This document shows, piece by piece, positions 9,131-18,924 of a stretch of DNA of 64,000 nt. Source of the stretch: an uncultured Verrucomicrobiae bacterium. Its GTDB lineage: Bacteria > Verrucomicrobiota > Verrucomicrobiia > Chthoniobacterales > Chthoniobacteraceae. The translations under genes and the position numbers were made by a program. Within the stretch, counting starts at the first letter, position 1; the number at the start of each line of letters is the position of its first letter. Under the pieces are notes generated by a model. The model was not told where the DNA came from. It searched no databases and saw nothing but the letters and a program-made list of their open reading frames with translations. The DNA is taken from NCBI GenBank assembly GCA_963836755.1, contig CAWIKF010000002.1:1632001-1696000 (forward strand), in the 5' to 3' direction.

Positions 9131-10634
9131 CTTGAAAACGCTTTCGCTTTTGCTATTGGGGACGCTCGCGTCGAGCGGAGCGATTTATGCCGCGGATGTA
9201 AAACCGGTGACCGTAGCGTCGACGGTAAAAGCTGCGGTGAAGGAGGAAAATCTTTCCGTCGTGCGGGTGGCCTCGACTGTGCAGGCGTGGGATTTTTTTC
9301 ATCCGTGGAGCAAGCACGCGCCCAACTCGCGGCGCGCACTCGGCGCGGTGCTGAGCGGCAATCGCGTGCTCGTCACAGCAGAGCTCGTCGCGAACGCAAA
9401 TTATGTCGAGCTGGAAAGAGCGGAAAGCGGCGAGCGGATTCCCGCGCACGTGGTCGCCGTTGATTACGAGGCAAATCTCGCGCTGCTCAAACCGGAGGAC
9501 TCAAACTTTTTCAACGGCATCAAACCTCTCGAGGTCACCGATGCAATGGTTGGCGATCGCGTCGCGGTCTGGCAGGTCGAAGCCACCGGCGCGCTCCTCT
9601 CCACCGAAGCGCTGCTCACGACCGTCGATGTCTCGCGGTATCCGATCGATGAGTCGGCGCTGCTGACTTATCATCTCACTTCGTCGCTCCAATATCGCGA
9701 AGGCAGCTACACCGTGCCCGTCGTGAAAGACCACAAGCTGGTCGGGCTGCTGATGCGTTACGACACGCGCACGCAAAATGTGGATGTGGTGCCGGCGCCC
9801 ATCATCCAGCATTTTCTCAAGGACGCGGCAGACCAGCATTACGGCGGATTTCCCCGTGCAGGCGTGCTTTTCGCTCCGATGCGTGATCCGCAATTGCGCC
9901 ACTTCGCCGGGCTCACGCCGATGCAGACCGGTAGCGTTTATGTGAGCAGCGTGCAGAAGGATGGTCCGGCCGATGAAGCTGGAATCCATGTTGGCGATGT
10001 GCTGCTGGAAATCGGCGGCATGCCGATCGACCAGGACGGCAATTATGTCGACAAACTTTACGGCAAAATTTCTCTCTCGCATTTCATCGCGATGAAAAAT
10101 GATGGAGAAAAAGTTGCGTTCAAAGTTTGTCGTGACACGGCGGTGAAGGATTTTCCCGTGACGCTCCGACATCGAGACGTTTCCGATTACGTGATCGAGC
10201 CTTACCTCATCGACAAAGCGCCGAAGTTTTACGTGCTCGGCGGACTCGTGCTGCAGGAACTTTCCCGCCAATATTTAAAGGAATGGGGCGATCTCAAAAA
10301 AGCGCCGGAGCGGTTCGTTTATTACGATCGTTATCAATCGGAACTTTTCAGCGGCGAGCACCGGAAGCTCGTGATTCTCAGCCAGGTTTTGCCGACGCCG
10401 GACACGGTCGGCTACGAGGAACTCAGCACGTTGCTCGTGACCAAAATTAACGATATGCCGGTGAACAGTCTCGACGATGTGCCGAAGGCGCTGGCCAAAC
10501 CAATCAACGGCTTTCACAAAATCGAGTTCAGCGAAAATCCCCACGTCATTTACCTCGACGCGAAACAAACAGCGGATGACGAGAACGCGCTGCTGAAAAA
10601 TTATGGTCTGCCCGCCATCAGCCGGCTGCGTTGA
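9120..10634 (+). CDS. Deg-like PDZ protein with degenerate protease domain (probable pseudoprotease)
   Basis: Colinear with the upstream Deg (PW..S.ALGAVLSGNRVLVTAELV; YVLGGLVLQELSR) but triad motifs are replaced. Confidence 0.85.
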   Translation: MCRNLKTLSLLLLGTLASSGAIYAADVKPVTVASTVKAAVKEENLSVVRVASTVQAWDFFHPWSKHAPNSRRALGAVLSGNRVLVTAELVANANYVELERAESGERIPAHVVAVDYEANLALLKPEDSNFFNGIKPLEVTDAMVGDRVAVWQVEATGALLSTEALLTTVDVSRYPIDESALLTYHLTSSLQYREGSYTVPVVKDHKLVGLLMRYDTRTQNVDVVPAPIIQHFLKDAADQHYGGFPRAGVLFAPMRDPQLRHFAGLTPMQTGSVYVSSVQKDGPADEAGIHVGDVLLEIGGMPIDQDGNYVDKLYGKISLSHFIAMKNDGEKVAFKVCRDTAVKDFPVTLRHRDVSDYVIEPYLIDKAPKFYVLGGLVLQELSRQYLKEWGDLKKAPERFVYYDRYQSELFSGEHRKLVILSQVLPTPDTVGYEELSTLLVTKINDMPVNSLDDVPKALAKPINGFHKIEFSENPHVIYLDAKQTADDENALLKNYGLPAISRLR

Positions 10635-10691
10635 TCACGCGGAGCAGCGGCCGGGTTTTTCATTGAACGGCGTGATCTTCGAATGGCGCGC

Positions 10692-11294
10692 ATGACGCGG
10701 CCGCTCTTGATCGCCACGCACAACGCGAACAAAACTCGCGAGATTCGCGAAATGCTCGGCGTAAACTTTCTTGTCGGCGACCTGACTGCGCATCCGGAAA
10801 TCCCCGCGACGATTGAGTCGGGCGCAACGTTTGAAGAAAATGCGAAGCTGAAGGCGCTTGAAGCTTCGCGGTTGTTTAAAGGTTTGGTGCTGGCCGATGA
10901 TTCCGGGCTGGAAGTTGACGCGCTCGGCGGCGCGCCCGGCGTTCACTCCGCGCGATACGCCGGGGAAAATGCGACTGATGAAGATAATTGCCGCAAGCTC
11001 CTTGCCGAGCTCGCTCGCGCAGGGGCGCGTGGGCGGAAACGCTGCGCGCGCTTCCGTTGCATCGTGGCGCTCGCGCAGGACGGCGAGGTCCGCGCGATGT
11101 TTGATGGCGCGGTCGACGGCGTCATTATCAATGAGCCGAAAGGTCAAAACGGTTTCGGCTACGATCCGCTTTTTGTTCCAGATGGTTTTTGCGAAACTTT
11201 CGCGCAACTGCCGCCCGCGATTAAGAGCAACTTCTCGCACCGTGCTCGGGCGATGGAGAAATTGCGCCCCGCGCTTCTCTCAATGCAGACCTAA
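10692..11294 (+). CDS. rdgB: Non-canonical purine NTP pyrophosphatase (RdgB/HAM1)
   Basis: ATHNANKTRE, ENAKLKA, ADDSGLEVDALGGAPGVHSARYA, GFGYDPLF, SHR. Confidence 0.95.
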   Translation: MTRPLLIATHNANKTREIREMLGVNFLVGDLTAHPEIPATIESGATFEENAKLKALEASRLFKGLVLADDSGLEVDALGGAPGVHSARYAGENATDEDNCRKLLAELARAGARGRKRCARFRCIVALAQDGEVRAMFDGAVDGVIINEPKGQNGFGYDPLFVPDGFCETFAQLPPAIKSNFSHRARAMEKLRPALLSMQT

Positions 11295-11822
11295 GATGAT
11301 GTCGTTTGCTTCAGAGATACTTCCGTCAGTGAAGATCACGAGATTTCCATTTCCATGCACGGCGCCGCGCTCGATGAACCACGGCTGCCTGCTCCAACGC
11401 AGCGGCGTCATTTGTTTTTCGTCGAACGTCATGGGGATGTAATCCAGCCGAACATTGTTGGGTTGCGTCAGATCGGGACTGCTAAGCAGTTTTTGCATGG
11501 TTGGGCAAATCCAGGATTTTTGTTCCAGTCCGAACGGTTGAAATGCGGCAATCCATTCCTTGGCAAATTCGGCCGGCTCCTTTGACATCAGCTCGGTGTC
11601 GATTTGCGGCCAATGGGAATTGGCCTGCAGGTAGGAGTTTGCGCTCACATGGAGATTTCGTAAGTTCGCCATGCACCGCACTTTTTCCATCCGCGCGATC
11701 AGACCGTCGAAAGCGGGCAGCAAGAGAATCAGAAGGATGGCGATAATCACCACCACCGTCACGATCTCAAGAATCGTAAAAGCACGGGCGCCGAGCAGGC
11801 GCGTGGCTCTGCACCGGGCCAT
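11280..11822 (-). CDS. Prepilin-type N-terminal cleavage/methylation protein with H-X9-DG motif
   Basis: AFTILEIVTVVVIIAIL; C.ANLRNL; CP; HGNGNLVIFTDG is an exact H-X9-DG. Confidence 0.85.
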   Translation of the reverse strand: MARCRATRLLGARAFTILEIVTVVVIIAILLILLLPAFDGLIARMEKVRCMANLRNLHVSANSYLQANSHWPQIDTELMSKEPAEFAKEWIAAFQPFGLEQKSWICPTMQKLLSSPDLTQPNNVRLDYIPMTFDEKQMTPLRWSRQPWFIERGAVHGNGNLVIFTDGSISEANDIILGLH

Positions 11823-11852
11823 AGCTGTTATTCTTAGCAGCCCCGGACCGCT

Positions 11853-12497
11853 TTAGGGTTTCGGAGTCGGGGTAGGCAGCGAGGTGACGGAAGGCGTCGG
11901 GATAGTTACGTTTCCTGTCTGGGTCGACTGCTGGAACCCATCAACAGCGAAATCAATAGCCTTCAAGATGGTGAATCCAACTCCATCCGGTGAGTTATCA
12001 GGAGCGAACCCTTGCTCGTCGATATGCGCTGTGCCGGTAAAGCCGGTGGCGACTGCAATTGTTGTCGAGGTAGTCGGCGTCACGAAGGCGTCGATCCGAC
12101 CCGTGGCGTTGAGAGGAGAAAAGAACTCTATGCCATTACTATTATTGCCTAAATCAGGACCGGTGACGACGCCCTTAAATTCCAAAGTGCGCGGATCGGT
12201 GATGCCAATGACAGTGCCAGCAAAAGCCTCTCCACTATCAAAGAGGAGGAAATTACCATTCGAAGCGCCGGTTTGAGGGACCGCCACCAGAAAAATGCCC
12301 AAGGCGTTTTTGACATCGCTGTTGGCGGCAAAAGCGGCATTTGAGTAAAAGACTTTTACTTTCGTCGGTGTCAAAACGCCCGCGTAAGTTCCAACTACGC
12401 TGGTCGCCGCCGACGCGCCGACGGGACCGCCATGCAGGGCCCAGACTTGAGTTTGGAGAAAAACGAAGCAAAGGAGGGAAGAGAGGACGGCTTTCAT
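11853..12497 (-). CDS. Secreted hypothetical protein with Pro/Thr tail
   Basis: Signal peptide ending VWA; beta-rich, G/T/A-rich body; PTPSVTSLPTPTPKP tail; promoter-like motif upstream. Confidence 0.7.
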   Translation of the reverse strand: MKAVLSSLLCFVFLQTQVWALHGGPVGASAATSVVGTYAGVLTPTKVKVFYSNAAFAANSDVKNALGIFLVAVPQTGASNGNFLLFDSGEAFAGTVIGITDPRTLEFKGVVTGPDLGNNSNGIEFFSPLNATGRIDAFVTPTTSTTIAVATGFTGTAHIDEQGFAPDNSPDGVGFTILKAIDFAVDGFQQSTQTGNVTIPTPSVTSLPTPTPKP

Positions 12498-12504
12498 GGC
12501 CGAA

Positions 12505-12532
12505 ACGCTACCAGCTTTTTTAATGCAGTCAA
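12505..12532 (-). promoter_or_regulatory. Sigma70-like promoter, probably leaderless
   Basis: TTGACT-16 nt-TAGCGT, then 7 nt to the ATG at 12497; no Shine-Dalgarno. Confidence 0.55.
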
Positions 12533-12577
12533 CATTAGAAGCGCATTTTTGTTCTCACAGCCGATAAGCTCTTTGTT

Positions 12578-12889
12578 ATGTCAAATCACTTCCTTAAATC
12601 CATCAGTCGCGTCGGCGTGGTTGCACTCTCCTGTGCCCTCCTCGGTTGCGATAAATCAGAAACTCCCTCAGACGACACCACGCCTGTCAATGCTGGTCCC
12701 TCACCTTCCGCAATGCCTTCGTCCGCGATGGAATCTTCCTCGCCTGCCGCGATCGAATCCGTTTCGCCAGCCATGATGCCGTCTCCGTCCAGCGTTGAAT
12801 CAACGACTTCGGCTCCGATTGCTTCGCCGCTCGATACCACGACCACACCCGGCACGCCTGCCACCTCGTCGCCAAGCCCGACGCCGTAA
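12578..12889 (+). CDS. Ser/Pro/Thr-rich disordered lipoprotein
   Basis: LLGC lipobox followed by a low-complexity S/P/T tail; TAAGCT 7 nt upstream of ATG. Confidence 0.65.
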   Translation: MSNHFLKSISRVGVVALSCALLGCDKSETPSDDTTPVNAGPSPSAMPSSAMESSSPAAIESVSPAMMPSPSSVESTTSAPIASPLDTTTTPGTPATSSPSPTP

Positions 12890-12893
12890 AAGT

Positions 12894-13598
12894 TCAGAGC
12901 TCTCGCAGCGATACTTTGCCGTCGTAAAGCGACTTGCCGATGATCGTGCCGTAAAGTTTCGGCATCGCTTGGAGCCGGCGCACGTCTGTTGCGCTCGAGA
13001 TCCCGCCGCTCGCGATCAACTGGCAGCTTAAGATTTCGAGCAGATTTTCGATCTCTTTGAAATTCGGGCCAGTCAACATCCCGTCGGTCGCAATGTCGGT
13101 GTAGATGATTGTGCCGGCGCCAGCCGCTTCTGCATTGCGCGCGAGATCCTGCGCGCGAGTTTTCGAAAGCTCGGTCCAGCCGTTAATGGAAACGATGCCG
13201 TCTTTGGCATCGATGCCGACCGCGATTTTTTCGCCGCCAAATTTTTCGGCCAGTGATTTCACGAATTCCAGCGACTCGCTTGCGCGCGTGCCTATCACGA
13301 CACGCGCAACGCCCGCGTCAAACGCGCGTTGAACTGCCGTTTCATCCCGCATGCCGCCGCCGAGCTCGCAGGGAACTTTGACGGAATTGACGATTTTTTC
13401 CACAGAAGCCATGTTGCGCAGTTCTCCGGTGAATGCAGCGTCAAGGTCAACGATGTGTAAAAAATCGCCGCCTTCGTCCTCCCACCTTTTTGCAAAAGCG
13501 ACTGGGTCGTCCGAATAAATTGTCTTCTCCTCGGCTTTCCCTTGGCGGAGGCGGACAACTTTGCCGTCCATTAGATCGATGGCAGGAAGGATAAGCAT
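12894..13598 (-). CDS. hisA: ProFAR isomerase
   Basis: MLILPAIDLMDGKVVRLRQG, HIVDLDAA, GGGMRD, YTDIATDGMLTGPN, ASGG. Confidence 0.95.
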   Translation of the reverse strand: MLILPAIDLMDGKVVRLRQGKAEEKTIYSDDPVAFAKRWEDEGGDFLHIVDLDAAFTGELRNMASVEKIVNSVKVPCELGGGMRDETAVQRAFDAGVARVVIGTRASESLEFVKSLAEKFGGEKIAVGIDAKDGIVSINGWTELSKTRAQDLARNAEAAGAGTIIYTDIATDGMLTGPNFKEIENLLEILSCQLIASGGISSATDVRRLQAMPKLYGTIIGKSLYDGKVSLREL

Positions 13599-13626
13599 TG
13601 CGAAGAATGGCGGACGGGTTCTTGGT

Positions 13627-14265
13627 TTAGGCGACCGGCACCCGTTGACTCGTTTCCGCAACCTGCGCGATAAAGTTGCGCAAGATCGTGAGCCCGACAT
13701 CCTGACTTTTTTCCGGGTGGAATTGAACACCGGCTACGCGTCCACGCGCAGCGGCGGCGGCAAAAGTTTCGCCATAAGTCGTCCGTGCCGTCACGACTGA
13801 GTCATCGGCGGGCGCGGGAAAATAGGAATGCACGAAGAAGACAAACGAGCCATCTGGCAGTCCACTCCACAACGACTGTTTAACCCCCGTAAACTCGAGA
13901 TTGTTCCAGCCGATCTGGGGCACCTTCAATCCCGGCGTGCAAAATCGCCGCACCTTTCCAGCGAAAAACCCGAAGCCGCTTTCGCTAGGCGATTCCTCGC
14001 TCTCCTCAAAGAGAAGCTGGTAACCGACACAGATGCCGAGGAACGGCTTGTCGGCGCGAAGCCAGTCCTGAAGCGGGTTCCAAAGCGACCGGGACTTAAT
14101 GTTGCGCGCGCAGTCGCCGAAATCCCCGACCCCTGGCAGCACGACTGCGTCCGCGTTTTCCAGCTCCGCCGCGGTGCTCACCAGCCGCACGTCCGCGCCC
14201 TCACGAGCGAGCGCTTTGCTCACGCTGCGAATATTTCCACTGCCGTAATCGATCAATGCAAACAT
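13627..14265 (-). CDS. hisH: Imidazole glycerol phosphate synthase glutaminase subunit
   Basis: IDYGSGN, LPGVG, GICVGYQ, VPQIGWN, FVHSY, QFHPEKS. Confidence 0.95.
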   Translation of the reverse strand: MFALIDYGSGNIRSVSKALAREGADVRLVSTAAELENADAVVLPGVGDFGDCARNIKSRSLWNPLQDWLRADKPFLGICVGYQLLFEESEESPSESGFGFFAGKVRRFCTPGLKVPQIGWNNLEFTGVKQSLWSGLPDGSFVFFVHSYFPAPADDSVVTARTTYGETFAAAAARGRVAGVQFHPEKSQDVGLTILRNFIAQVAETSQRVPVA

Positions 14266-14362
14266 GACGAGCGGGACTTTCATGGGCGGTCGGGAGGCTG
14301 TCAATCGGCAGAATGATGTTCGTGTCTTGACCGCGATTGAGGGATATGCGCATTTTAGAAAA

Positions 14363-17356
14363 GTGCGTCCATCCCCCTGGCGATTTTGCCACTGTCTTTT
14401 TTTCCTTCTCTGCCTCGCGGTCCTCTTGATCGCGCGCCTCGCTGAGGCGGCACCACAAACTGATCTCGGGGAGAAGGAGCAGATTTTCCCGCCGCTGCCG
14501 GCAGCGGAAAAGGCGGTGCATTGGAAGGACGGTTATTTTTACCTCAATGGCGAAGCGACGATCATCAGGTCGGGCTCCATTCATTATGCACGGGTGCCTC
14601 GGGAATTGTGGCGCGACCGGATTTGGCGCCTCAAGATGATGGGATTCAATTGCGTGCAGAGCTATGTCTTCTGGAACGCCGCCGAGCCGAAGGAAGGACA
14701 ATGGAACTTTAGCGACAATCTCGATCTCGACGCATGGCTTTCGCTACTCAAGGAGATGGGGATGTATGCGTTGGTTCGCGTCGGGCCTTACTCCTGCGCC
14801 GAGTGGGAAGAAGGTGGCACTCCGGCATGGCTGACGGTCAAACCGGGAATGATCCAGCGGGAAATGGGGCCTTCAATTCCTTACTCGGATGCGCACCTCG
14901 CGAAGCTGGAAGAGATTACGGCGAAACATCAGATCAACCACGGTGGCAGCGTTTTCATGGTGCAGCTGGAAAATGAACATTCCGGCGGATGGGGAACACA
15001 AGTCATCGATCCCTATCTTAAATACTTAGACGATCAGGCGCGAAAAAATGGCATCGAAGTTCCCATCTTTAATTCTGGGCTTCATCATAGCCATGACCCA
15101 GCCGGCGAAGCGCCATTCTCTATGAGCTCTTCGCCTTGGTATAGCACGGAATTCTGGACCGGCTGGATCGGAAAATACGGAGACATGAGTCCCGATACAC
15201 TCAGCCAAAAGGTTCGTGGGACATGGAAGATCATCGCCTTTGGCGGAGCAGGATATAACTATTACATGGCCCACGGCGGCACTAACTTTGGCTACTCGGG
15301 AAGTGGTGAGGATCCGGGCGTATCCTATGACTATTCGGCGCCGGTGGGAGAAGCCGGCCAGCTCCACAATCTCTACTTCCCAGCCCGCCGCGCCGCCTAC
15401 TTCGCCCAAACTTTTACTCCAATCCTTGCAGGAAGCCACGATGACCCGGCGCTCGCGAAAAGCGATCAACCGGCGCTGCGGGTGACTACCCGCTCAAATC
15501 CGGAAAGTGGGAGCATCGTCTTTGTGGATCATTTCCTACGAAAGGCGGATGTGGCGCCACTGGTTGCCATCGCTCCCGATGCCTCGGCCTATCACCCGCC
15601 GAAATATGACGCGAGCGTTTCACTGGAGACGCACGTCAATGTTAATGGCCTGACTCTTCCGCACCACGGCAGCTTGAAAGTCAGTTCCCTTGAGCCTAGA
15701 ACGATCGTGGTCAACATGCCGTGGACGAAAAGCGCGACCTTCGAGTCGATTTGCACCAATGTCCTGTTTCGCCAAACTATCAGTGGCATCAACTACTGGG
15801 TGTGCTACGGACCCGCGGGTGATTCTGGAGAAGTAACATTGAGTAGGAAAGTTGCGAGCGATGCTCCTGCCGAGTTCGACTTCACCTATCCCGCTGATGA
15901 TAGCATCAAAGAGATCGACGTTGATTCGGGCGATGGAAGTAAGGCCAAGCTTCTTGTCATGAACACCGATCTGACGAATCGGACATGGCTCGCCAATGGC
16001 AAGATTTATGTAGGCCCGTCCTTTGTTCTAGAAGACGGCAGCATGGAGATTCCAACCGAAGGCGGAAAGGCGACAATCTATTCAGCTGGCGGCAAGTCGG
16101 AAGTGACGCAGCTTTCTGCGTCTGCTCCGGCATTGCCGGTTCTTTCCTCATGGACTTGGCGTGATGCCGCTCCCGAGCGCGCTGCAGATTTCACCACAAG
16201 CGGCTGGCTGCAATCCAAAGGTCCTCAACCGATGGAAAGCTATGATAGCTTCGAGAATCGCTACGGATGGTATCGCACGACCTTGCATCGAGATTCCGCT
16301 GGCCCAGTCTCACTTCGCTTTGCAGGTCAATCAGGGACTTTCGCTCCCTTCTTGAATGGTCAGCCAGCTCCCGTTTCCACCTTCGAGTATAATGCCTCGG
16401 GTGCACTGAAGATGCCTCACGCCAAGGCGGGCGATAACTCACTCGCCATTTTGGTGAAAGCCAGTCCTCGTCCAAAGACCACCTATCGCGGTCCCGTCGG
16501 CATGCGACTCGCGCGAGGACTTTGGGGTGGTGTCAGCGCCGACGAAGCTCCAACGCAACTGAAAGTTGTTTGGAAAAAATGGAACGCGCCATATAGAAAC
16601 ATGAGCGCGGATGACGTTGCCAAGCCAGACTATGACGACTCCACGTGGGATGTAGTCGATCCGGCGATTACCGATATTGCAAAAGGAAACGCATGGTATC
16701 GCGGAAGATTTACACTTAGCGCGGATCAAGTTAATTCGATGATCGAGCTTCCGCAGTTTGGTTTGCAGAAGGGCAAAAAGGCACTGGCAATTACGATCTC
16801 CTATCTCAATGGCCATTTCGTCGAAGAGCGAGTTCAGGATGTTTCAAAAATCCTTCATGCGGGTGAAAACACCGTTCTTCTCGAAATACAAAGCAGGCTC
16901 GGCGGCGAGAGCGGGGAACTTGCCCTTAACCTATGGCACAACTCTTCTCTCACCGAGGCCAACTGGTATTTTAAAGGCGGCCTGGATGATCTGAACGAAA
17001 CGGCTGTCATAGGGCAGGTCACAAACTGGAAGGAGTTCCTCGCTCATCAACCATGGCAATCCAGTTCCGCGCCTTCGGGACCTCTATTTTGGAGGTGCAC
17101 TTTCGACTACCATCAGCCTGCCGGCTTGCGGGAAACAATCGGTCTTCTCACGGACGGGTTGAAGGCCGGCAACGTTTGGCTCAATGGCCACAACCTTGGT
17201 GAATCGCGCTCACCGCAAAATTATCCGCTTTACATGCCCGAATGCTGGTTGAAAGAAGGCGACAATGATCTGCTAGTCTTCGATCTCTACGGTAGCAGCC
17301 CCAATCAACTTCACCTTGATAGATTCGAGGTCCACACGGTTGTCCCAAAGTCATAG
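14363..17356 (+). CDS. Secreted GH35 beta-galactosidase with C-terminal galactose-binding-like domains
   Basis: SGSIHYARVP, YVFWN, GPYSCAEW, QLENE acid/base, STEFWTGW nucleophile, YYMAHGGTNF, SYDY.AP; start uncertain (in-frame GTG before the signal peptide). Confidence 0.9.
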   Translation: MRPSPWRFCHCLFFLLCLAVLLIARLAEAAPQTDLGEKEQIFPPLPAAEKAVHWKDGYFYLNGEATIIRSGSIHYARVPRELWRDRIWRLKMMGFNCVQSYVFWNAAEPKEGQWNFSDNLDLDAWLSLLKEMGMYALVRVGPYSCAEWEEGGTPAWLTVKPGMIQREMGPSIPYSDAHLAKLEEITAKHQINHGGSVFMVQLENEHSGGWGTQVIDPYLKYLDDQARKNGIEVPIFNSGLHHSHDPAGEAPFSMSSSPWYSTEFWTGWIGKYGDMSPDTLSQKVRGTWKIIAFGGAGYNYYMAHGGTNFGYSGSGEDPGVSYDYSAPVGEAGQLHNLYFPARRAAYFAQTFTPILAGSHDDPALAKSDQPALRVTTRSNPESGSIVFVDHFLRKADVAPLVAIAPDASAYHPPKYDASVSLETHVNVNGLTLPHHGSLKVSSLEPRTIVVNMPWTKSATFESICTNVLFRQTISGINYWVCYGPAGDSGEVTLSRKVASDAPAEFDFTYPADDSIKEIDVDSGDGSKAKLLVMNTDLTNRTWLANGKIYVGPSFVLEDGSMEIPTEGGKATIYSAGGKSEVTQLSASAPALPVLSSWTWRDAAPERAADFTTSGWLQSKGPQPMESYDSFENRYGWYRTTLHRDSAGPVSLRFAGQSGTFAPFLNGQPAPVSTFEYNASGALKMPHAKAGDNSLAILVKASPRPKTTYRGPVGMRLARGLWGGVSADEAPTQLKVVWKKWNAPYRNMSADDVAKPDYDDSTWDVVDPAITDIAKGNAWYRGRFTLSADQVNSMIELPQFGLQKGKKALAITISYLNGHFVEERVQDVSKILHAGENTVLLEIQSRLGGESGELALNLWHNSSLTEANWYFKGGLDDLNETAVIGQVTNWKEFLAHQPWQSSSAPSGPLFWRCTFDYHQPAGLRETIGLLTDGLKAGNVWLNGHNLGESRSPQNYPLYMPECWLKEGDNDLLVFDLYGSSPNQLHLDRFEVHTVVPKS

Positions 17357-17432
17357 AGACAACCTTAGACTTTTTTCATACATTAGCTTCAGTCACCAAT
17401 AACTAACCTCTAAACAACCAACAATAGTTTCC

Positions 17433-18911
17433 ATGGCTTCCATTCCGACCACAACTTCATCCTCATCAGGCACGACGAACCCGGGCCAAACCTACCGCGC
17501 ATCGTTCGCGATCATGACGTCGCTCTTCTTCATGTGGGGCTTCATGACTGTCTTCAACGATATTTTGATCCCGCGTTTTAAAGAAGCTTTTGCACTGAAC
17601 TTTTTTCAGTCCATGCTCGTGCAGTTTGCGTTCTTTGGCGCTTACTTCATCGGCTCATCGATCTACTTCATTATTTCCGCGATGGCTGGTGATCCTATCG
17701 CCAAGATTGGTTACAAAAACGGCGTGGTCATTGGGCTACTGATATCGGCGGGTGGTAGCGCGATCTTCTGGCCCGCGGCCACGGCTAATTCATACCCGAT
17801 GTTCCTTTTTGCTTTGTTTGTCGTAGGTCTCGGTTTCGCCATGCTCCAGATCGCCGCCAATCCTTACGTTACCATTCTAGGTCCTGAGCGAACTGCATCG
17901 AGTCGCTTGAATTTAGCACAAGGCTTTAACTCGATCGGGACCACGATCGGACCGCTGATTGGCGGCTACCTTATCTTTCAATACTTCGCGAAGCCGGGCG
18001 CACATGGCGCGGACTCGGTGAAAGAACCTTACCTGATGTTCTGTGCGGTCTTCGTCGTGCTCGCGGTGATCTTCTTTTTCATCCATCTCCCGCACATTGG
18101 CGAGGGAAAGATCGAACCCGGGGCCGGCGCGCTCAAGTTCCCGCATGTCATCCTCGGCATCGTCGCCATCTTGATGTATGTCGGCGGCGAAGTCGCGGTC
18201 GGTAGTTCGATCATCAACTTTCTCGGTCAGCCGAGCGTGGCGGGTCTGGCACCTGTTGCAGCAAGCAAATATGTTTCGCTCTATTGGGGCGGACTTCTTA
18301 TCGGACGCTTCATGGGCTCGGTCGAGCTCAGTGAGATGAAGAAGGCCAACAAGCAGATCCTGCTGGTGGTGATTCCGCTGCTGGCCTATCTCTTCCTTTG
18401 GGTTGTGCAAAGCGCGCCACTGGATGCAATCCACAACGGAGATACTTCAGTGATGTTTCGTCTGTGGCAGGAACAATTTGTGCAGAACTGGCAGATGTTT
18501 AAATACTATCTGCCATTCATCGCGCTTTGTTGGGTATTGTTTCAATTTGGAGCTGCACTGGCCGATCGGACTCTTCTTATATTTTCGTCGACTGTGGTGA
18601 TACTGCTGCTAACGGCGATCCTCAGCGGCGGCAAAGTCGCGATGTGGTGCGTGGTTGCGGTGGGGCTATTTACCTCGATAGGCTGGTCGAATACCTTTTC
18701 ACTTGCGATCGAGGGTGTAGGGATCTACAAGAGTCAGGCGTCTTCGCTGCTCGTAATGGCTATCTTGGGAGGTGCATTACTCCCGCCTATGCAGGGAATC
18801 ATTGCCGATCATGTAGGACTTCGCATATCCTTCATCGTTCCATTGATTGCCTACGCTTACGTTGCTTTCTACGGCTGGAAGGGGCACAAGATTGGGCGCA
18901 CCGAGCAGTAG
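17433..18911 (+). CDS. MFS sugar:H+ symporter, FucP/GluP family
   Basis: LFFMWGF, QFAFFGAYF, LQIAANPY, RLNLAQGFNS, YVGGEV, MAILGGA. Confidence 0.92.
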   Translation: MASIPTTTSSSSGTTNPGQTYRASFAIMTSLFFMWGFMTVFNDILIPRFKEAFALNFFQSMLVQFAFFGAYFIGSSIYFIISAMAGDPIAKIGYKNGVVIGLLISAGGSAIFWPAATANSYPMFLFALFVVGLGFAMLQIAANPYVTILGPERTASSRLNLAQGFNSIGTTIGPLIGGYLIFQYFAKPGAHGADSVKEPYLMFCAVFVVLAVIFFFIHLPHIGEGKIEPGAGALKFPHVILGIVAILMYVGGEVAVGSSIINFLGQPSVAGLAPVAASKYVSLYWGGLLIGRFMGSVELSEMKKANKQILLVVIPLLAYLFLWVVQSAPLDAIHNGDTSVMFRLWQEQFVQNWQMFKYYLPFIALCWVLFQFGAALADRTLLIFSSTVVILLLTAILSGGKVAMWCVVAVGLFTSIGWSNTFSLAIEGVGIYKSQASSLLVMAILGGALLPPMQGIIADHVGLRISFIVPLIAYAYVAFYGWKGHKIGRTEQ

Positions 18912-18924
18912 TTCCTCGCGAAAC

